A stretch of DNA of 55,460 nucleotides, taken from contig NZ_JBAHZZ010000115.1 in assembly GCF_037132785.1 (NCBI RefSeq), forward strand, positions 1-55,460. The letters are read 5' to 3'. Under the pieces are notes generated by a model that was not told the DNA's origin, made no database searches, and was given only the letters and a program-made list of their open reading frames with translations. A program made the position numbers and the translations under genes. Origin of the DNA: Flavicella sp. (GTDB lineage Bacteria; Bacteroidota; Bacteroidia; Flavobacteriales; Flavobacteriaceae). Shown piece after piece: positions 43,365 to 53,413 of this stretch (its first letter is position 1; every line of letters begins with the position of its first letter).

Positions 43365-44333
43365 TTATTTCATTTTTTTTTTGAATAAATTACGAAAAAT
43401 TGATTTGTTTTTAGGTTTCATTTGTAATGAGTCTAGATGTCTACTAGTCCAATAACCTACAGGCTTTCTTTTTGCCAAGTGGAACTCTTTATCAAAGATG
43501 TTTTCTAAAAATGAAATTAAATTTTGGTTTTGTAATTCGTGAAAATTATTTTCAAAAAAGATGCTTTTTGAAGATTTTAGCATTTTTAAATACTGATTCT
43601 TATCATTGTCAATTTCCTTTATCCTTTCAATAACCTCTTCAAATGATGTATAGTCATGACAATTGATAAATCCACTAGGATCAATTTCTTTATTGATATT
43701 TGGGTTTCCCCAATATATTGGAATAGATTTAGCTTGAAAAGACGAGATTATTTTTTCGGTTGTATATCCTTTGTATAAAGCGTTTTCAAAAGCTAAAGAA
43801 AACTTATAGTTAGATTTTGTGTCGATACTGCCTTGATACCAGTTACCTCCTCTAGGTTCAATTTCAAGATCAGTATTTTTCAAGTGACTTCCTAAAGAGT
43901 CCACCTTTTTATATTTATTTAGGAGGTGGAAGAATTTATCTCTATTTTGATGAGCATCAGGATTGGCATAAATAAAATTACAAAATTCCCTGTTAAAAGG
44001 ATTATTAATTGTTTTAGCTGTATTTCCCCGTTTTTTAGTATTTGCTAATGGAAGAAATCTAAAATATCTATCATCGTAATTAAATTCGTCAAATCCAATT
44101 GCATAATCAAAATAATTAAAATCTGGAAAAATAGCTTCTCCAGGATAAAATATAGAAATTTTATCTCGAGTCTGTCTGATGTAAGAATATGGGTTAAAAG
44201 ATCCTATAAAAACATATTGTGAATCTTTTGAGATTTTTACGTTATAATTTTTACCTAGTAATTTTACAATAGAACTATTTTCTATTTGTAAATCAGGATG
44301 AAAGCCTAGAAAATCAAGATAAATAGTTTTCAT
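43365..44333 (-). CDS. GT10 alpha-1,3/1,4-fucosyltransferase
   Basis: YKFSLAFENALYKGYTTEKI motif, PIYWG, FYPGE...FDYAIGFD...DRY.R. Confidence 0.88.
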   Translation of the reverse strand: MKTIYLDFLGFHPDLQIENSSIVKLLGKNYNVKISKDSQYVFIGSFNPYSYIRQTRDKISIFYPGEAIFPDFNYFDYAIGFDEFNYDDRYFRFLPLANTKKRGNTAKTINNPFNREFCNFIYANPDAHQNRDKFFHLLNKYKKVDSLGSHLKNTDLEIEPRGGNWYQGSIDTKSNYKFSLAFENALYKGYTTEKIISSFQAKSIPIYWGNPNINKEIDPSGFINCHDYTSFEEVIERIKEIDNDKNQYLKMLKSSKSIFFENNFHELQNQNLISFLENIFDKEFHLAKRKPVGYWTSRHLDSLQMKPKNKSIFRNLFKKKMK

Positions 44334-44429
44334 TGTATTTGTGTATCGGATATTTTATGTAGTTCATTTTAAGATATAGATGAAAATAGAATGCTAAAAC
44401 CTAAGAAATAAAATTTAATATTGGTTTGT

Positions 44430-46262
44430 TTACGATTCCAACTTCTGTAATGTCACCAAATTATTATATGCACCCTTAAGGGTCATTAGTTGTTCATGAG
44501 TACCTTGTTCTACGATCAGTCCTTTTTTCATCACTACGATTAAATCAGCATTCTGAATTGTAGACAATCTATGCGCAATAACTAATGATGTTCTGTTTTG
44601 CATCATGTTTTCTATAGCTTCTTGTACCAATTGTTCAGATTCCGTATCTAATGCAGAAGTTGCTTCATCTAAAATCATGATAGGTGGGTTTTTCATAACC
44701 GCTCTTGCAATAGAAATTCTTTGTTTCTGACCTCCAGACAGCATTCCTCCACCATCTCCTACCGGACTATTATATTGCTCAGGGAACTCCATAATAAAAT
44801 CATGTGCATTGGCAATTTTTGCTGCTTCTACTATTTTTTCATGGCTAGGGTTTTCGATACCTAAAGAAATGTTGTTTGCAATAGTGTCATTAAATAAAAT
44901 AGAATCTTGCGTTACAATTCCCATTTGTTTCCGTAAAGATGATGTTGTAACATCTTTGATGTTAATACCGTCAATAGTTATCTGTCCTTTAGTAACATCC
45001 CAAAAACGAGTTATTAAATTTGCTAATGTTGATTTTCCACTTCCAGAATGTCCAACCAAAGCAATTTTTTTCCCTTTTGGCACTATCAAAGAAAAATCTT
45101 TTAGTACATACTCTGTATTGTATTTGAAAGAGATGTTTTCAAATTTAACCTCCTTTTTAAATGTGGATAATTGATGTGGTTTTTCTTTGTCTTGTAATGG
45201 GTTTATTGTATCTAATACTTCAAAAACTCTTTCCGCGGCTGAGTTTCCGATTTTGACTGCATTACTTGCTTTTGATATGGCTTTAGCCGGAGTTAGGATG
45301 TTATAGGCTAATCCCATAAAAGCGATAAAGGTACTTGCATTTAAACTTGCATCAATTAGAACCATACGTCCTCCAAACCATAATAAGGAGGCGATTGTTA
45401 CGATTCCTAAAAACTCACTCAAAGGAGATGCCATCGCATTTCTTTTAGAGAGTTGGTTGCTTAGAGTTTTAATATCGGTATTGAATTTGTCATATTTTTT
45501 GGTGAAAAAGGACTCGGAATTAAAGGCTTTAATTACTTTTAGCCCAGTAATTGTTTCTTCAATTATACTAAGCATTATACCACCCTGTTTAAACAAAGTA
45601 GCTGATTGACTTTTGATTTTTTTACTTATTAAAGAAATAATCCAACCAGATAGAGGAATAAATGTAAATACGAATAAAGACAATTCAGGACTTAAATTCA
45701 CCATAAAGATTAAAGTAAAAATAATGTTTAATGGTTCTCTAATGATAACAATAGATAAGTTTAAAAAAGTCTCATTAATAGTTCCAATATCTCCCGTTGA
45801 CCTTGCAATTGTATCTCCTTTTCTTTTTTGTGAAAAATAGGATATTGGTAGGCTTATTATTTTTTCATAAATTTCATTTCGTAAATCTTTTAATACTGAG
45901 TTTTTTAAGAAAACCATAAAAAGTCCACCTAAGTAGCCAAATAGGTTTTTAAGAAAAAATACGATAACAATACTAAATACCATATAGGCCAGCGTGCTTT
46001 CTGGACCTTGGTTTTGAGTATTTATAGTGATTAAATAATTTAAATAATTTTCAAGATATTCTTTGCTGACAGTTGAGAATTCACCTAAAATAGGCTCTTG
46101 ATATATTTTTTTTGTATCACCAAACAATACATTTAACATTGGTATTAATGTCAAAAAGGAGAGTGCAGAAAATAAGGCATACAAAATATTTAAAAAGATA
46201 CTAGTGATACCAATCCACTTATATGGGATTGCGTATTTTAAAAAACGTTTGAAGTATGTCAT
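44430..46262 (-). CDS. msbA: MsbA-type ABC exporter (TMD + NBD)
   Basis: Multi-TM domain, GHSGSGKS, LSGGQKQR, ILDEATSALD, IAHRLST; TATATTTG at 46333-46340 on the minus strand. Confidence 0.8.
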   Translation of the reverse strand: MTYFKRFLKYAIPYKWIGITSIFLNILYALFSALSFLTLIPMLNVLFGDTKKIYQEPILGEFSTVSKEYLENYLNYLITINTQNQGPESTLAYMVFSIVIVFFLKNLFGYLGGLFMVFLKNSVLKDLRNEIYEKIISLPISYFSQKRKGDTIARSTGDIGTINETFLNLSIVIIREPLNIIFTLIFMVNLSPELSLFVFTFIPLSGWIISLISKKIKSQSATLFKQGGIMLSIIEETITGLKVIKAFNSESFFTKKYDKFNTDIKTLSNQLSKRNAMASPLSEFLGIVTIASLLWFGGRMVLIDASLNASTFIAFMGLAYNILTPAKAISKASNAVKIGNSAAERVFEVLDTINPLQDKEKPHQLSTFKKEVKFENISFKYNTEYVLKDFSLIVPKGKKIALVGHSGSGKSTLANLITRFWDVTKGQITIDGINIKDVTTSSLRKQMGIVTQDSILFNDTIANNISLGIENPSHEKIVEAAKIANAHDFIMEFPEQYNSPVGDGGGMLSGGQKQRISIARAVMKNPPIMILDEATSALDTESEQLVQEAIENMMQNRTSLVIAHRLSTIQNADLIVVMKKGLIVEQGTHEQLMTLKGAYNNLVTLQKLES

Positions 46263-46446
46263 TTATTTATTTATTTTAAAAAAACTTTCGGATAGATGTA
46301 GGTTAGACATCTTCACTTCTAAAAAAGCAATGCAAATATACTGTTTTAACATTTGAAGCCTTTAGAAAATATATTTTTCTCTCACTTAGAGTGTTGAATT
46401 TATTAGAAATGAGAATCAATTGGTGGAAATGATTTATTTTTGAAAA

Positions 46447-46998
46447 ATGAATTCAATAGCAGTAAAAAATATTAAACAAGGAAAAGTTGTTTTATACCCT
46501 ACAGATACAATTTGGGGCTTGGGCTGTGATGCAACAAATGAAAAAGCAATTGATAAAATTTTTAAGATAAAACAGAGGTCTGAAAGTAAAAGTCTAATCA
46601 TACTTGTAGATTCGATTGATATGTTGAAAAATTATGTAGAATCTGTTCCTGAAGCTGTTTTAGATATATTAAAGCATGCCACACGGCCTACAACAATTGT
46701 ATATCCATATCCAAAAGGCTTGGCTAAAAATGTGATTGCTAATGACAATACCGTTGCCATAAGAATTGTAAAACATAATTTTTGTGAAGGTTTGATTAAG
46801 GAAATTGGAAAACCTATCGTTTCTACTTCTGCAAATATTAGTGGTAAACCTACACCAAAATCATTTGCAGAAATAAGTCAGGCAATTTTGGATAGCGTAG
46901 ATTATGTGGTAGCTTTGCAGCAAGATTCAAATTCAGAAAAATCGTCGAGAATCTTAAAAATTAATAAAGACGGTTCTATAGAAGTGATTAGAGATTGA
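46447..46998 (+). CDS. tsaC: L-threonylcarbamoyladenylate synthase
   Basis: YPTDTIWGLGCDA, K.R...K, STSANISG. Confidence 0.93.
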   Translation: MNSIAVKNIKQGKVVLYPTDTIWGLGCDATNEKAIDKIFKIKQRSESKSLIILVDSIDMLKNYVESVPEAVLDILKHATRPTTIVYPYPKGLAKNVIANDNTVAIRIVKHNFCEGLIKEIGKPIVSTSANISGKPTPKSFAEISQAILDSVDYVVALQQDSNSEKSSRILKINKDGSIEVIRD

Positions 46999-46999
46999 T

Positions 47000-48424
47000 A
47001 TGCATTCAAAGGATTTTACAAAAGCATTAACCCACCCTGTTTTTTCATTTATAACAAAAGCAAGTGAAGAATTAAATTTACAAAGTTTTGTGATTGGCGG
47101 TTTTGTCCGTGATTTTATATTGAACAGGGGAAGTGCCAAAGATATTGATATTGTAACTGTAGGTAGTGGAATTGAATTGGCTAAAAAAGTAGCTCAATTA
47201 TTGCCGAATAAGCCAAAAGTTCAAGTGTTTAAAACCTATGGTACCGCTATGTTGCGCTATCAAGATATTGAAATCGAGTTTGTTGGGGCAAGAAAAGAGT
47301 CATATACAGAGGGAAGTAGAAACCCTGAGGTTTCCGAAGGTACTTTAAAGGACGATCAAAACCGAAGAGATTTTACCATCAATGCATTGGCTTTGAGTTT
47401 GAATGAGGAAACGTTTGCGGATTTGTTAGATCCGTTTGATGGAATTTCCGACCTGAAGCGAAAAATTATTCGTACTCCGTTGAATCCAGATATTACCTAT
47501 TCTGATGATCCACTTAGAATGATGAGAGCCATTCGATTTGCAACCCAGTTGAATTTTGTAATTGAAAAAGAGTCTTTAGCCTCAATTAGTAAAAACAAGG
47601 ATAGAATAGAAATAATTACAAGAGAACGAATTATAGTTGAAATTCAAAAAATCATGGAGTCTTCGGTTCCATCAATTGGTTTTTTATTACTAGAGCAAAC
47701 AGGATTGTTAGAGATACTTATTCCTGAATTAACGGCTTTAAAAGGAGTTGATGAAATAGAAGGACAAAAACACAAGGATAATTTTTATCATACGCTGGAG
47801 GTTGTTGATAATATTGCGCCAAATACAGAAGATGTTTGGTTGCGTTGGGCAGCTTTGTTACATGATATTGGAAAGGCTCCAACAAAACGTTTTGATAATA
47901 AAAATGGCTGGAGTTTTCATGCTCATGAATTTGTAGGTGCAAAAATGGTGTATAAATTGTTTAAACGATTAAAAATGCCACTGAATAACAAAATGAAATT
48001 TGTTCAAAAAATGGTCTTGTTAAGTTCTCGGCCAATTGTTTTAGCATCTAATGTTACTGACTCCGCAGTAAGAAGGTTACTTTTTGATGCAGGAGAAGAT
48101 TTGGATAGTTTAATGATTTTATGTGAGGCAGATATCACTACAAAAAACCTTGCTAAATTTAAAAAATACCATAATAATTTTAAAATTGTTAGAGCTAAAG
48201 TAAAGCAGGTTGAAGAGAGGGATCGTATCCGTGATTTTCAGCCACCAATTTCAGGAGAGCTTATTATGGAAACGTTTAAGTTAAAACCTTGTAGAGAAAT
48301 AGGTCAAATTAAAAATGTTATTAAAGAAGCTATCTTAGACGGTAAAATCCCGAATGAATATCAAGAAGCTTTTAATTTGATGTTGTCTTATGGGAAAAAA
48401 ATAAAATTGGAAGTACAAGATTAG
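47000..48424 (+). CDS. cca: CCA tRNA nucleotidyltransferase with HD domain
   Basis: GGFVRD, DIDI, RRDFTINA, DDPLRMMRA.RF, LLHDIGK. Confidence 0.92.
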   Translation: MHSKDFTKALTHPVFSFITKASEELNLQSFVIGGFVRDFILNRGSAKDIDIVTVGSGIELAKKVAQLLPNKPKVQVFKTYGTAMLRYQDIEIEFVGARKESYTEGSRNPEVSEGTLKDDQNRRDFTINALALSLNEETFADLLDPFDGISDLKRKIIRTPLNPDITYSDDPLRMMRAIRFATQLNFVIEKESLASISKNKDRIEIITRERIIVEIQKIMESSVPSIGFLLLEQTGLLEILIPELTALKGVDEIEGQKHKDNFYHTLEVVDNIAPNTEDVWLRWAALLHDIGKAPTKRFDNKNGWSFHAHEFVGAKMVYKLFKRLKMPLNNKMKFVQKMVLLSSRPIVLASNVTDSAVRRLLFDAGEDLDSLMILCEADITTKNLAKFKKYHNNFKIVRAKVKQVEERDRIRDFQPPISGELIMETFKLKPCREIGQIKNVIKEAILDGKIPNEYQEAFNLMLSYGKKIKLEVQD

Positions 48425-48602
48425 TAACTTAATTTTCTGAAAATAATTTTTTAATTTTGTATAACAATTTCCCCGAGAATATGTCAGTACTGTTGATCTT
48501 AACTGTTTTTTAATTTGGTCATCTTTGCAAATAAGTTCAATATGCTCTTTAGCATCTGTCTTTGGATCAAAACAATACCTTTGTTCCCTTGCTCTGTAAA
48601 TC

Positions 48603-48629
48603 ACACCAATTTAACTGTTAAAATGGTAT
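48603..48629. repeat. Ends-only miniature of the MITE-like element
   Basis: ACACCAATTTAAC-T-GTTAAAATGGTAT. The right arm is the exact 13-nt reverse complement of ATACCATTTTAAC (55202-55214). Confidence 0.55.
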
Positions 48630-48638
48630 TATAAGAGT

Positions 48639-48977
48639 TTATTTCTTTTTCAATTCTAATTTTTCTTGAAAATAGTCACAAAAATCTCTCATGGTAGCTC
48701 CCATCTTTTCATCATTGGTGGCTCTTTCAAAAGTATGACTCATGGATACTAAAGTTTGATGAAAAAATTGTTTCATTTCATCTACAGGCATATCTTTTGT
48801 CCATAAATCAATTCGTAAAGTGTCTTTCTTTTTCGGATCCCAAACAGACATCATGATTGCTTTTGTTTCTTCTTTAGCTATCCCACCGTCTTTTGCATTC
48901 CATTTTATTTTCTGAGGAACCTTATTCTCATCCAACTCAATTTCGAATTCTATTTTTGATTTATGTACTACAGCCAT
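48639..48977 (-). CDS. gldC: Gliding motility protein GldC
   Basis: ELDENKVP..I.W.A.DGG, SVWD, LRIDLWTKDMPVDEMK.F.HQ; own TATCTTTG element at 49005-49012 on the minus strand. Confidence 0.92.
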   Translation of the reverse strand: MAVVHKSKIEFEIELDENKVPQKIKWNAKDGGIAKEETKAIMMSVWDPKKKDTLRIDLWTKDMPVDEMKQFFHQTLVSMSHTFERATNDEKMGATMRDFCDYFQEKLELKKK

Positions 48978-49130
48978 TATATTTAGTCTTAATATTTTGT
49001 ACTGCAAAGATACATTAAAGAAGAAGAATCAGAAATATAAAAAAGAGACTCGAAATATCAAACAAAATTCAATAAATAAATCCAACTTCATTGGAAATAA
49101 TTATATTTGTATTTTATCAAATATTAAACA

Positions 49131-49655
49131 ATGACCACAAAGGAAATTAGTAAAAGTATTATTCTTAAATATGGCTTTTTATTAGGACTTGTTTCGGTAG
49201 CCATTAACGTGGTGTTATTTTTCCAAGACAAGCATCTTGAACAAAATCAAACTGTTGGAGTCATCAGTATATTATTTATACTTGTGGCAATAATTTTAGG
49301 AATTAGAACGTTTGCTAAACTAAATGAATTAAATTTTTCAGAAGGTTTAAAAATCGGAATTGGAATTGCTGTTGTAGGTGCTATAATTATTACGATTTAC
49401 AATTATATTTTCACAACATACATCGATCCAAACTTTGTAAGTGAACTAGGAGAAGTTCAGAGAAAAGCAATGGAGTCTTCGGGTCAACTAGCGGAAGATG
49501 AGATAGATGATCGAATAGAGATGTTGCAAAAAGGGGCTAGGTCATTTATCACCCCAGCAATCGGAATTGTTTTTACAGCATTTTTAGGTTTTGTGTTTTC
49601 TGTTATAACTACGGTTATCTTTATCAAAATCTATGAAAAAAAACAACAAACATAA
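49131..49655 (+). CDS. DUF4199-like membrane protein
   Basis: Four TMs, LKYG, F.EGLKIG, YIDP; TATATTTG at 49102. Confidence 0.75.
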   Translation: MTTKEISKSIILKYGFLLGLVSVAINVVLFFQDKHLEQNQTVGVISILFILVAIILGIRTFAKLNELNFSEGLKIGIGIAVVGAIIITIYNYIFTTYIDPNFVSELGEVQRKAMESSGQLAEDEIDDRIEMLQKGARSFITPAIGIVFTAFLGFVFSVITTVIFIKIYEKKQQT

Positions 49656-49656
49656 T

Positions 49657-50610
49657 ATGCAACTATCCTTAGTTATTCCACTTCTTAATGAAGAAGAGTC
49701 TTTAAAAGAATTACACGATTGGATTGTTAGAGTAATGATTGATCATTCTTATAGTTACGAAATTTTATTTATTGATGATGGTAGTACAGATAATTCTTGG
49801 AAAATTATAGAATCCTTACGAGAAATTAACCCTAATGTAAAAGCGCTTCGTTTTTCTAAAAACTTTGGTAAATCACAAGCATTAAATGCAGGATTTAAAA
49901 AAGTAAAAGGTGATGTTATTATCACCATGGATGCGGATCTACAAGACGCTCCTGATGAAATCCCTGCGCTTTACAATAAAATTACATCTGGAAATTTTGA
50001 TTTAGTAAGTGGTTGGAAAAAGAAAAGGTACGATTCGAAATTTAAAAAGAATTTACCTTCAAAACTTTTTAATTGGGCTGCAAGAAAAACATCAGGTATT
50101 CAATTAAATGATTTTAACTGTGGCCTAAAAGCTTATGATAAAAAAGTTATCAAAACTATTGACGTTCAAGGCGAAATGCATCGATACATTCCTGTTCTCG
50201 CAAAAAATGCAGGTTTTACAAATATAGGAGAACAAGTAGTAAAACATCAAGCAAGAAAATACGGATATACAAAATTTGGCATGGAACGTTTTATAAATGG
50301 TTTCTTAGACTTATTGACAATTTGGTTTGTCAGTAAATTTGGAAAAAGACCCATGCATCTTTTTGGTCTACTGGGAACCTTAATGTTTATCATTGGGTTT
50401 TTTTCCGCTTTTTATATAGGTACAAGTAAACTCTTTAATGTTTTTTATTTTAATACTCCTTCGCCTCTCGTAACTGATAGCCCATGGTTTTATATTTCTT
50501 TAGGGACTATGATTTTAGGAACACAATTGTTTTTGGCTGGTTTTATTGGTGAATTGTTTTTAAGGTCTAAAAAAAACAATCCGAATTATCAAATTTCAAA
50601 AGAAATATAA
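49657..50610 (+). CDS. GT2 polyprenol-phosphate glycosyltransferase (ArnC/GtrB-like)
   Basis: IPLLNEE, IDDGSTD, NFGKS, TMDADLQD, DFNCGLK, two C-terminal TMs. Confidence 0.9.
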   Translation: MQLSLVIPLLNEEESLKELHDWIVRVMIDHSYSYEILFIDDGSTDNSWKIIESLREINPNVKALRFSKNFGKSQALNAGFKKVKGDVIITMDADLQDAPDEIPALYNKITSGNFDLVSGWKKKRYDSKFKKNLPSKLFNWAARKTSGIQLNDFNCGLKAYDKKVIKTIDVQGEMHRYIPVLAKNAGFTNIGEQVVKHQARKYGYTKFGMERFINGFLDLLTIWFVSKFGKRPMHLFGLLGTLMFIIGFFSAFYIGTSKLFNVFYFNTPSPLVTDSPWFYISLGTMILGTQLFLAGFIGELFLRSKKNNPNYQISKEI

Positions 50611-50684
50611 ATTTCAGTAATAATAAAGAAGACATTTTATATATTAAGTAAATAATTTATTTCTCCAAAAAATAATAAAACTAT

Positions 50685-52400
50685 ATGAGTACTCAAAACA
50701 TTATCGCCGTAGCCAAAAAATGGTTGACATCAACTTTTGACCAAGACACTCAAGAGGAAGTTCAAAATTTAATCGACTCTAATTCTGATATTTTAGCAGA
50801 TAGTTTTTACAAAGATTTAGAATTTGGAACCGGAGGTATTAGAGGCCTTATGGGAGCTGGTACAAATCGTATCAATAAATATACTTTGGGAAAAGCAACT
50901 CAGGGATTGGCAAATTATATTTTACGGCAAAATAATAACTCACAAGACAGTGTTGTAATTGCCTATGATTGTAGACACAATAGTGATACATTGGCAAAAA
51001 CTGTAGCAGATGTATTGACAGCAAATGGGATTAAAGTATTTCTTTTTGAGGCCCTGCGTACAACTCCAGAATTATCTTTTGCCGTTAATTATTTAAACTG
51101 TACGGCAGGAATCGTATTGACAGCATCTCACAATCCTCCTGAATATAATGGATATAAAGTTTACTGGAAAGACGGTGGACAAATTGTACCTCCTAATGAT
51201 AGTGGTATAATTGACTTAGTAAATAAATTAGATTTTTCTGAAATAAAATTTGATGCTGATTCTAATTTGTTAGAATATATAGGTGAAGAGGTAGACAATG
51301 CCTTTACGGATGCATCTGTAAAAAACGGTTGTTTGGAGTTGTCTAATAGAGATGATTTAACAATTGTATTCACATCATTACACGGAACTGCTATTACAGC
51401 AATGCCACAAACTTTTGAAAAGGCTGGTTATAAAAATGTTCATATCGTTGAGGAACAGCGTAAACCAGACGGGAATTTTCCTACCGTAGCATCTCCTAAT
51501 CCAGAAGAACCTGCGGCGTTAAAAATGGCTTTAGAGTTAGCCGACAAAGTTGGTGCAGACATTGTAATTGGTACAGACCCTGATAGTGATCGAGTTGGAA
51601 TTGCTGTAAGAGATTTAAATGGGAATTTAAAACTTTTAAATGGGAATCAGACAATGGTTGTCATGACTGATTTTTTAATGAAGAAATGGCAAAAAGAAGA
51701 TCGAATTAACGGAAAACAATTTGTTGGTACTACTATTGTATCGACTGATTTGGTTGCTGAAGTAGCCAATTCTTATAACGTAGAAACTAAAATTTGTTTA
51801 ACAGGTTTTAAATGGATTGCCAAAATGATTGTGGATTACTCTGAACTGGAATTTATTGGAGGTGGTGAAGAAAGTTTTGGATATATGGTAAGTGATTTTG
51901 TAAGAGATAAAGATGCAATTACTTCTGCTCTTTTGGCTTGTGAAATTGCTACATATGCGAAATCTCAAGGAAGTTCTTTTTATAATGAATTACTTCAACT
52001 ATATGTAAAACATAATTTATACAAAGAACATTTAATATCTATTACTAAAAAAGGAATGGATGGCGCAGCCAAGATTACACAAATGATGGTTGATTTGAGA
52101 GCAAATGCTCCTCAAGAAATAGATGGAGAGAAAGTTGTATTTGCATATGATTATGAATTTTCTATCTGTAAAAACTTAGTTACAGGAGAAGAAACTACAA
52201 TTGATATGCCTAAATCTAATGTCTTGATTTTTTATACAGAAAAAGGTACACGAGTAGCGGCTAGACCTAGTGGAACAGAACCTAAAATAAAATTCTATTT
52301 TAGTGTGAATAGTACTTGCGATTCAATTGACTGCGTAGATCTTGTTGAAAAGGAATTGAGTGTAAAAATTCAAAGAATTATTAAAGAGCTGAATCTTTAA
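50685..52400 (+). CDS. pgm: Phosphoglucomutase/phosphomannomutase
   Basis: FGTGG, TASHNP, DPDSDR, GEESFG, RPSGTEPK. Confidence 0.93.
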   Translation: MSTQNIIAVAKKWLTSTFDQDTQEEVQNLIDSNSDILADSFYKDLEFGTGGIRGLMGAGTNRINKYTLGKATQGLANYILRQNNNSQDSVVIAYDCRHNSDTLAKTVADVLTANGIKVFLFEALRTTPELSFAVNYLNCTAGIVLTASHNPPEYNGYKVYWKDGGQIVPPNDSGIIDLVNKLDFSEIKFDADSNLLEYIGEEVDNAFTDASVKNGCLELSNRDDLTIVFTSLHGTAITAMPQTFEKAGYKNVHIVEEQRKPDGNFPTVASPNPEEPAALKMALELADKVGADIVIGTDPDSDRVGIAVRDLNGNLKLLNGNQTMVVMTDFLMKKWQKEDRINGKQFVGTTIVSTDLVAEVANSYNVETKICLTGFKWIAKMIVDYSELEFIGGGEESFGYMVSDFVRDKDAITSALLACEIATYAKSQGSSFYNELLQLYVKHNLYKEHLISITKKGMDGAAKITQMMVDLRANAPQEIDGEKVVFAYDYEFSICKNLVTGEETTIDMPKSNVLIFYTEKGTRVAARPSGTEPKIKFYFSVNSTCDSIDCVDLVEKELSVKIQRIIKELNL

Positions 52401-52413
52401 TAAAAAGCTATAT

Positions 52414-52456
52414 AATAAAAAAACTCATTTACAATATCTAAAATGAGTTTTTTATT
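52414..52456. terminator. Terminator between convergent pgm and folK
   Basis: AAAAAACTCATTT...AAATGAGTTTTTT inverted repeat with A and T tails. Confidence 0.7.
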
Positions 52457-52614
52457 TACCGATACTTGGTTAGGTTTGTCTCTACTATAATAATGAAAGA
52501 GTTTTATCTTCCCATAATTCAAATATATAAGGGTATGAACTTGATTAAATCGTGCCAAGAAAAGGTTGATGCTCACATATGAAAGGGTTGAGTTATGATT
52601 TAGTTTGTTGATCT

Positions 52615-53127
52615 TTAAGGTTTACTTATAGAATGTATTGTTTTTTTTATAGCACCTGTATCATTGCACTGTTCGATGTTTTTGAGTAAACTAAAATTGT
52701 TAAAAGGGTAAGGGTCTTCATCGTAAATATCAGCTAGTGGAATAAGTACAAATTTTCTTTCCAAAGTCCTTGGGTGTGGGATAATCAAGTTTTGACTAGT
52801 AATTTTAATACTTTCGTAAAGTATGATGTCAATATCAATATTTCTATTTTGATATTCCTGTGTGTCTTTTCTTTTTCTTCCTAGTGTTTTTTCCAACTCT
52901 AGAATGTTGCTTAATAGTTCGTTAGGTTGGAGAGTTGTTTTTGTTTTCAAGCAAAGGTTATAAAAAACATCACCTTCAAATCCCCAAGAAGGTGTTTCGT
53001 AGATGTTTGAAATTTGTATAATTTTTCCGATGTTTATATCAATCGCATTGACTGCATTTTTTAAGTTCTCTAACTTATCTCCAAGATTACTACCCAATGA
53101 AAGATAAGAAGTAAAAGTTTGATTCAT
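52615..53127 (-). CDS. folK: HPPK (2-amino-4-hydroxy-6-hydroxymethyldihydropteridine diphosphokinase)
   Basis: LSLGSNLGD, YETPSWG, RNIDIDII, IPHPR, RKFVLIPL. Confidence 0.95.
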   Translation of the reverse strand: MNQTFTSYLSLGSNLGDKLENLKNAVNAIDINIGKIIQISNIYETPSWGFEGDVFYNLCLKTKTTLQPNELLSNILELEKTLGRKRKDTQEYQNRNIDIDIILYESIKITSQNLIIPHPRTLERKFVLIPLADIYDEDPYPFNNFSLLKNIEQCNDTGAIKKTIHSISKP

Positions 53128-53413
53128 AATTTAATTTTAAAATCGGATATGATTATGTTCAATCCTTTAATGCCAAATGATTTTCAGAATGGTTGATAAT
53201 AAATTTGAATTATTTTTCTTTAGATGAAATAAAAAATATAATCCTAGTCTAGGTTACGGTTCTATTTAATATTGAAATATAAAGGAAATAGAAACTAATT
53301 TAATCAATCATTTTGATGTTTATCTGGTATAAGTTAAGTAACTGATGTATATTTCACAATCACAAAGAAACAAAAGAAAATAGAATAGTTTATATTTGTT
53401 TTAAAAAAATAAC

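Noticed and set aside
48335-48604. 89-aa minus-strand ORF between cca and gldC
   Set aside because: GTG start in a hairpin, overlaps the cca 3' end, no recognisable motif; at most a remnant.
52457-52614. Possible frameshifted deoxynucleoside kinase domain after folK
   Set aside because: An open minus-strand frame exists but has no P-loop (EGNIG.GKT-like) or other kinase feature.
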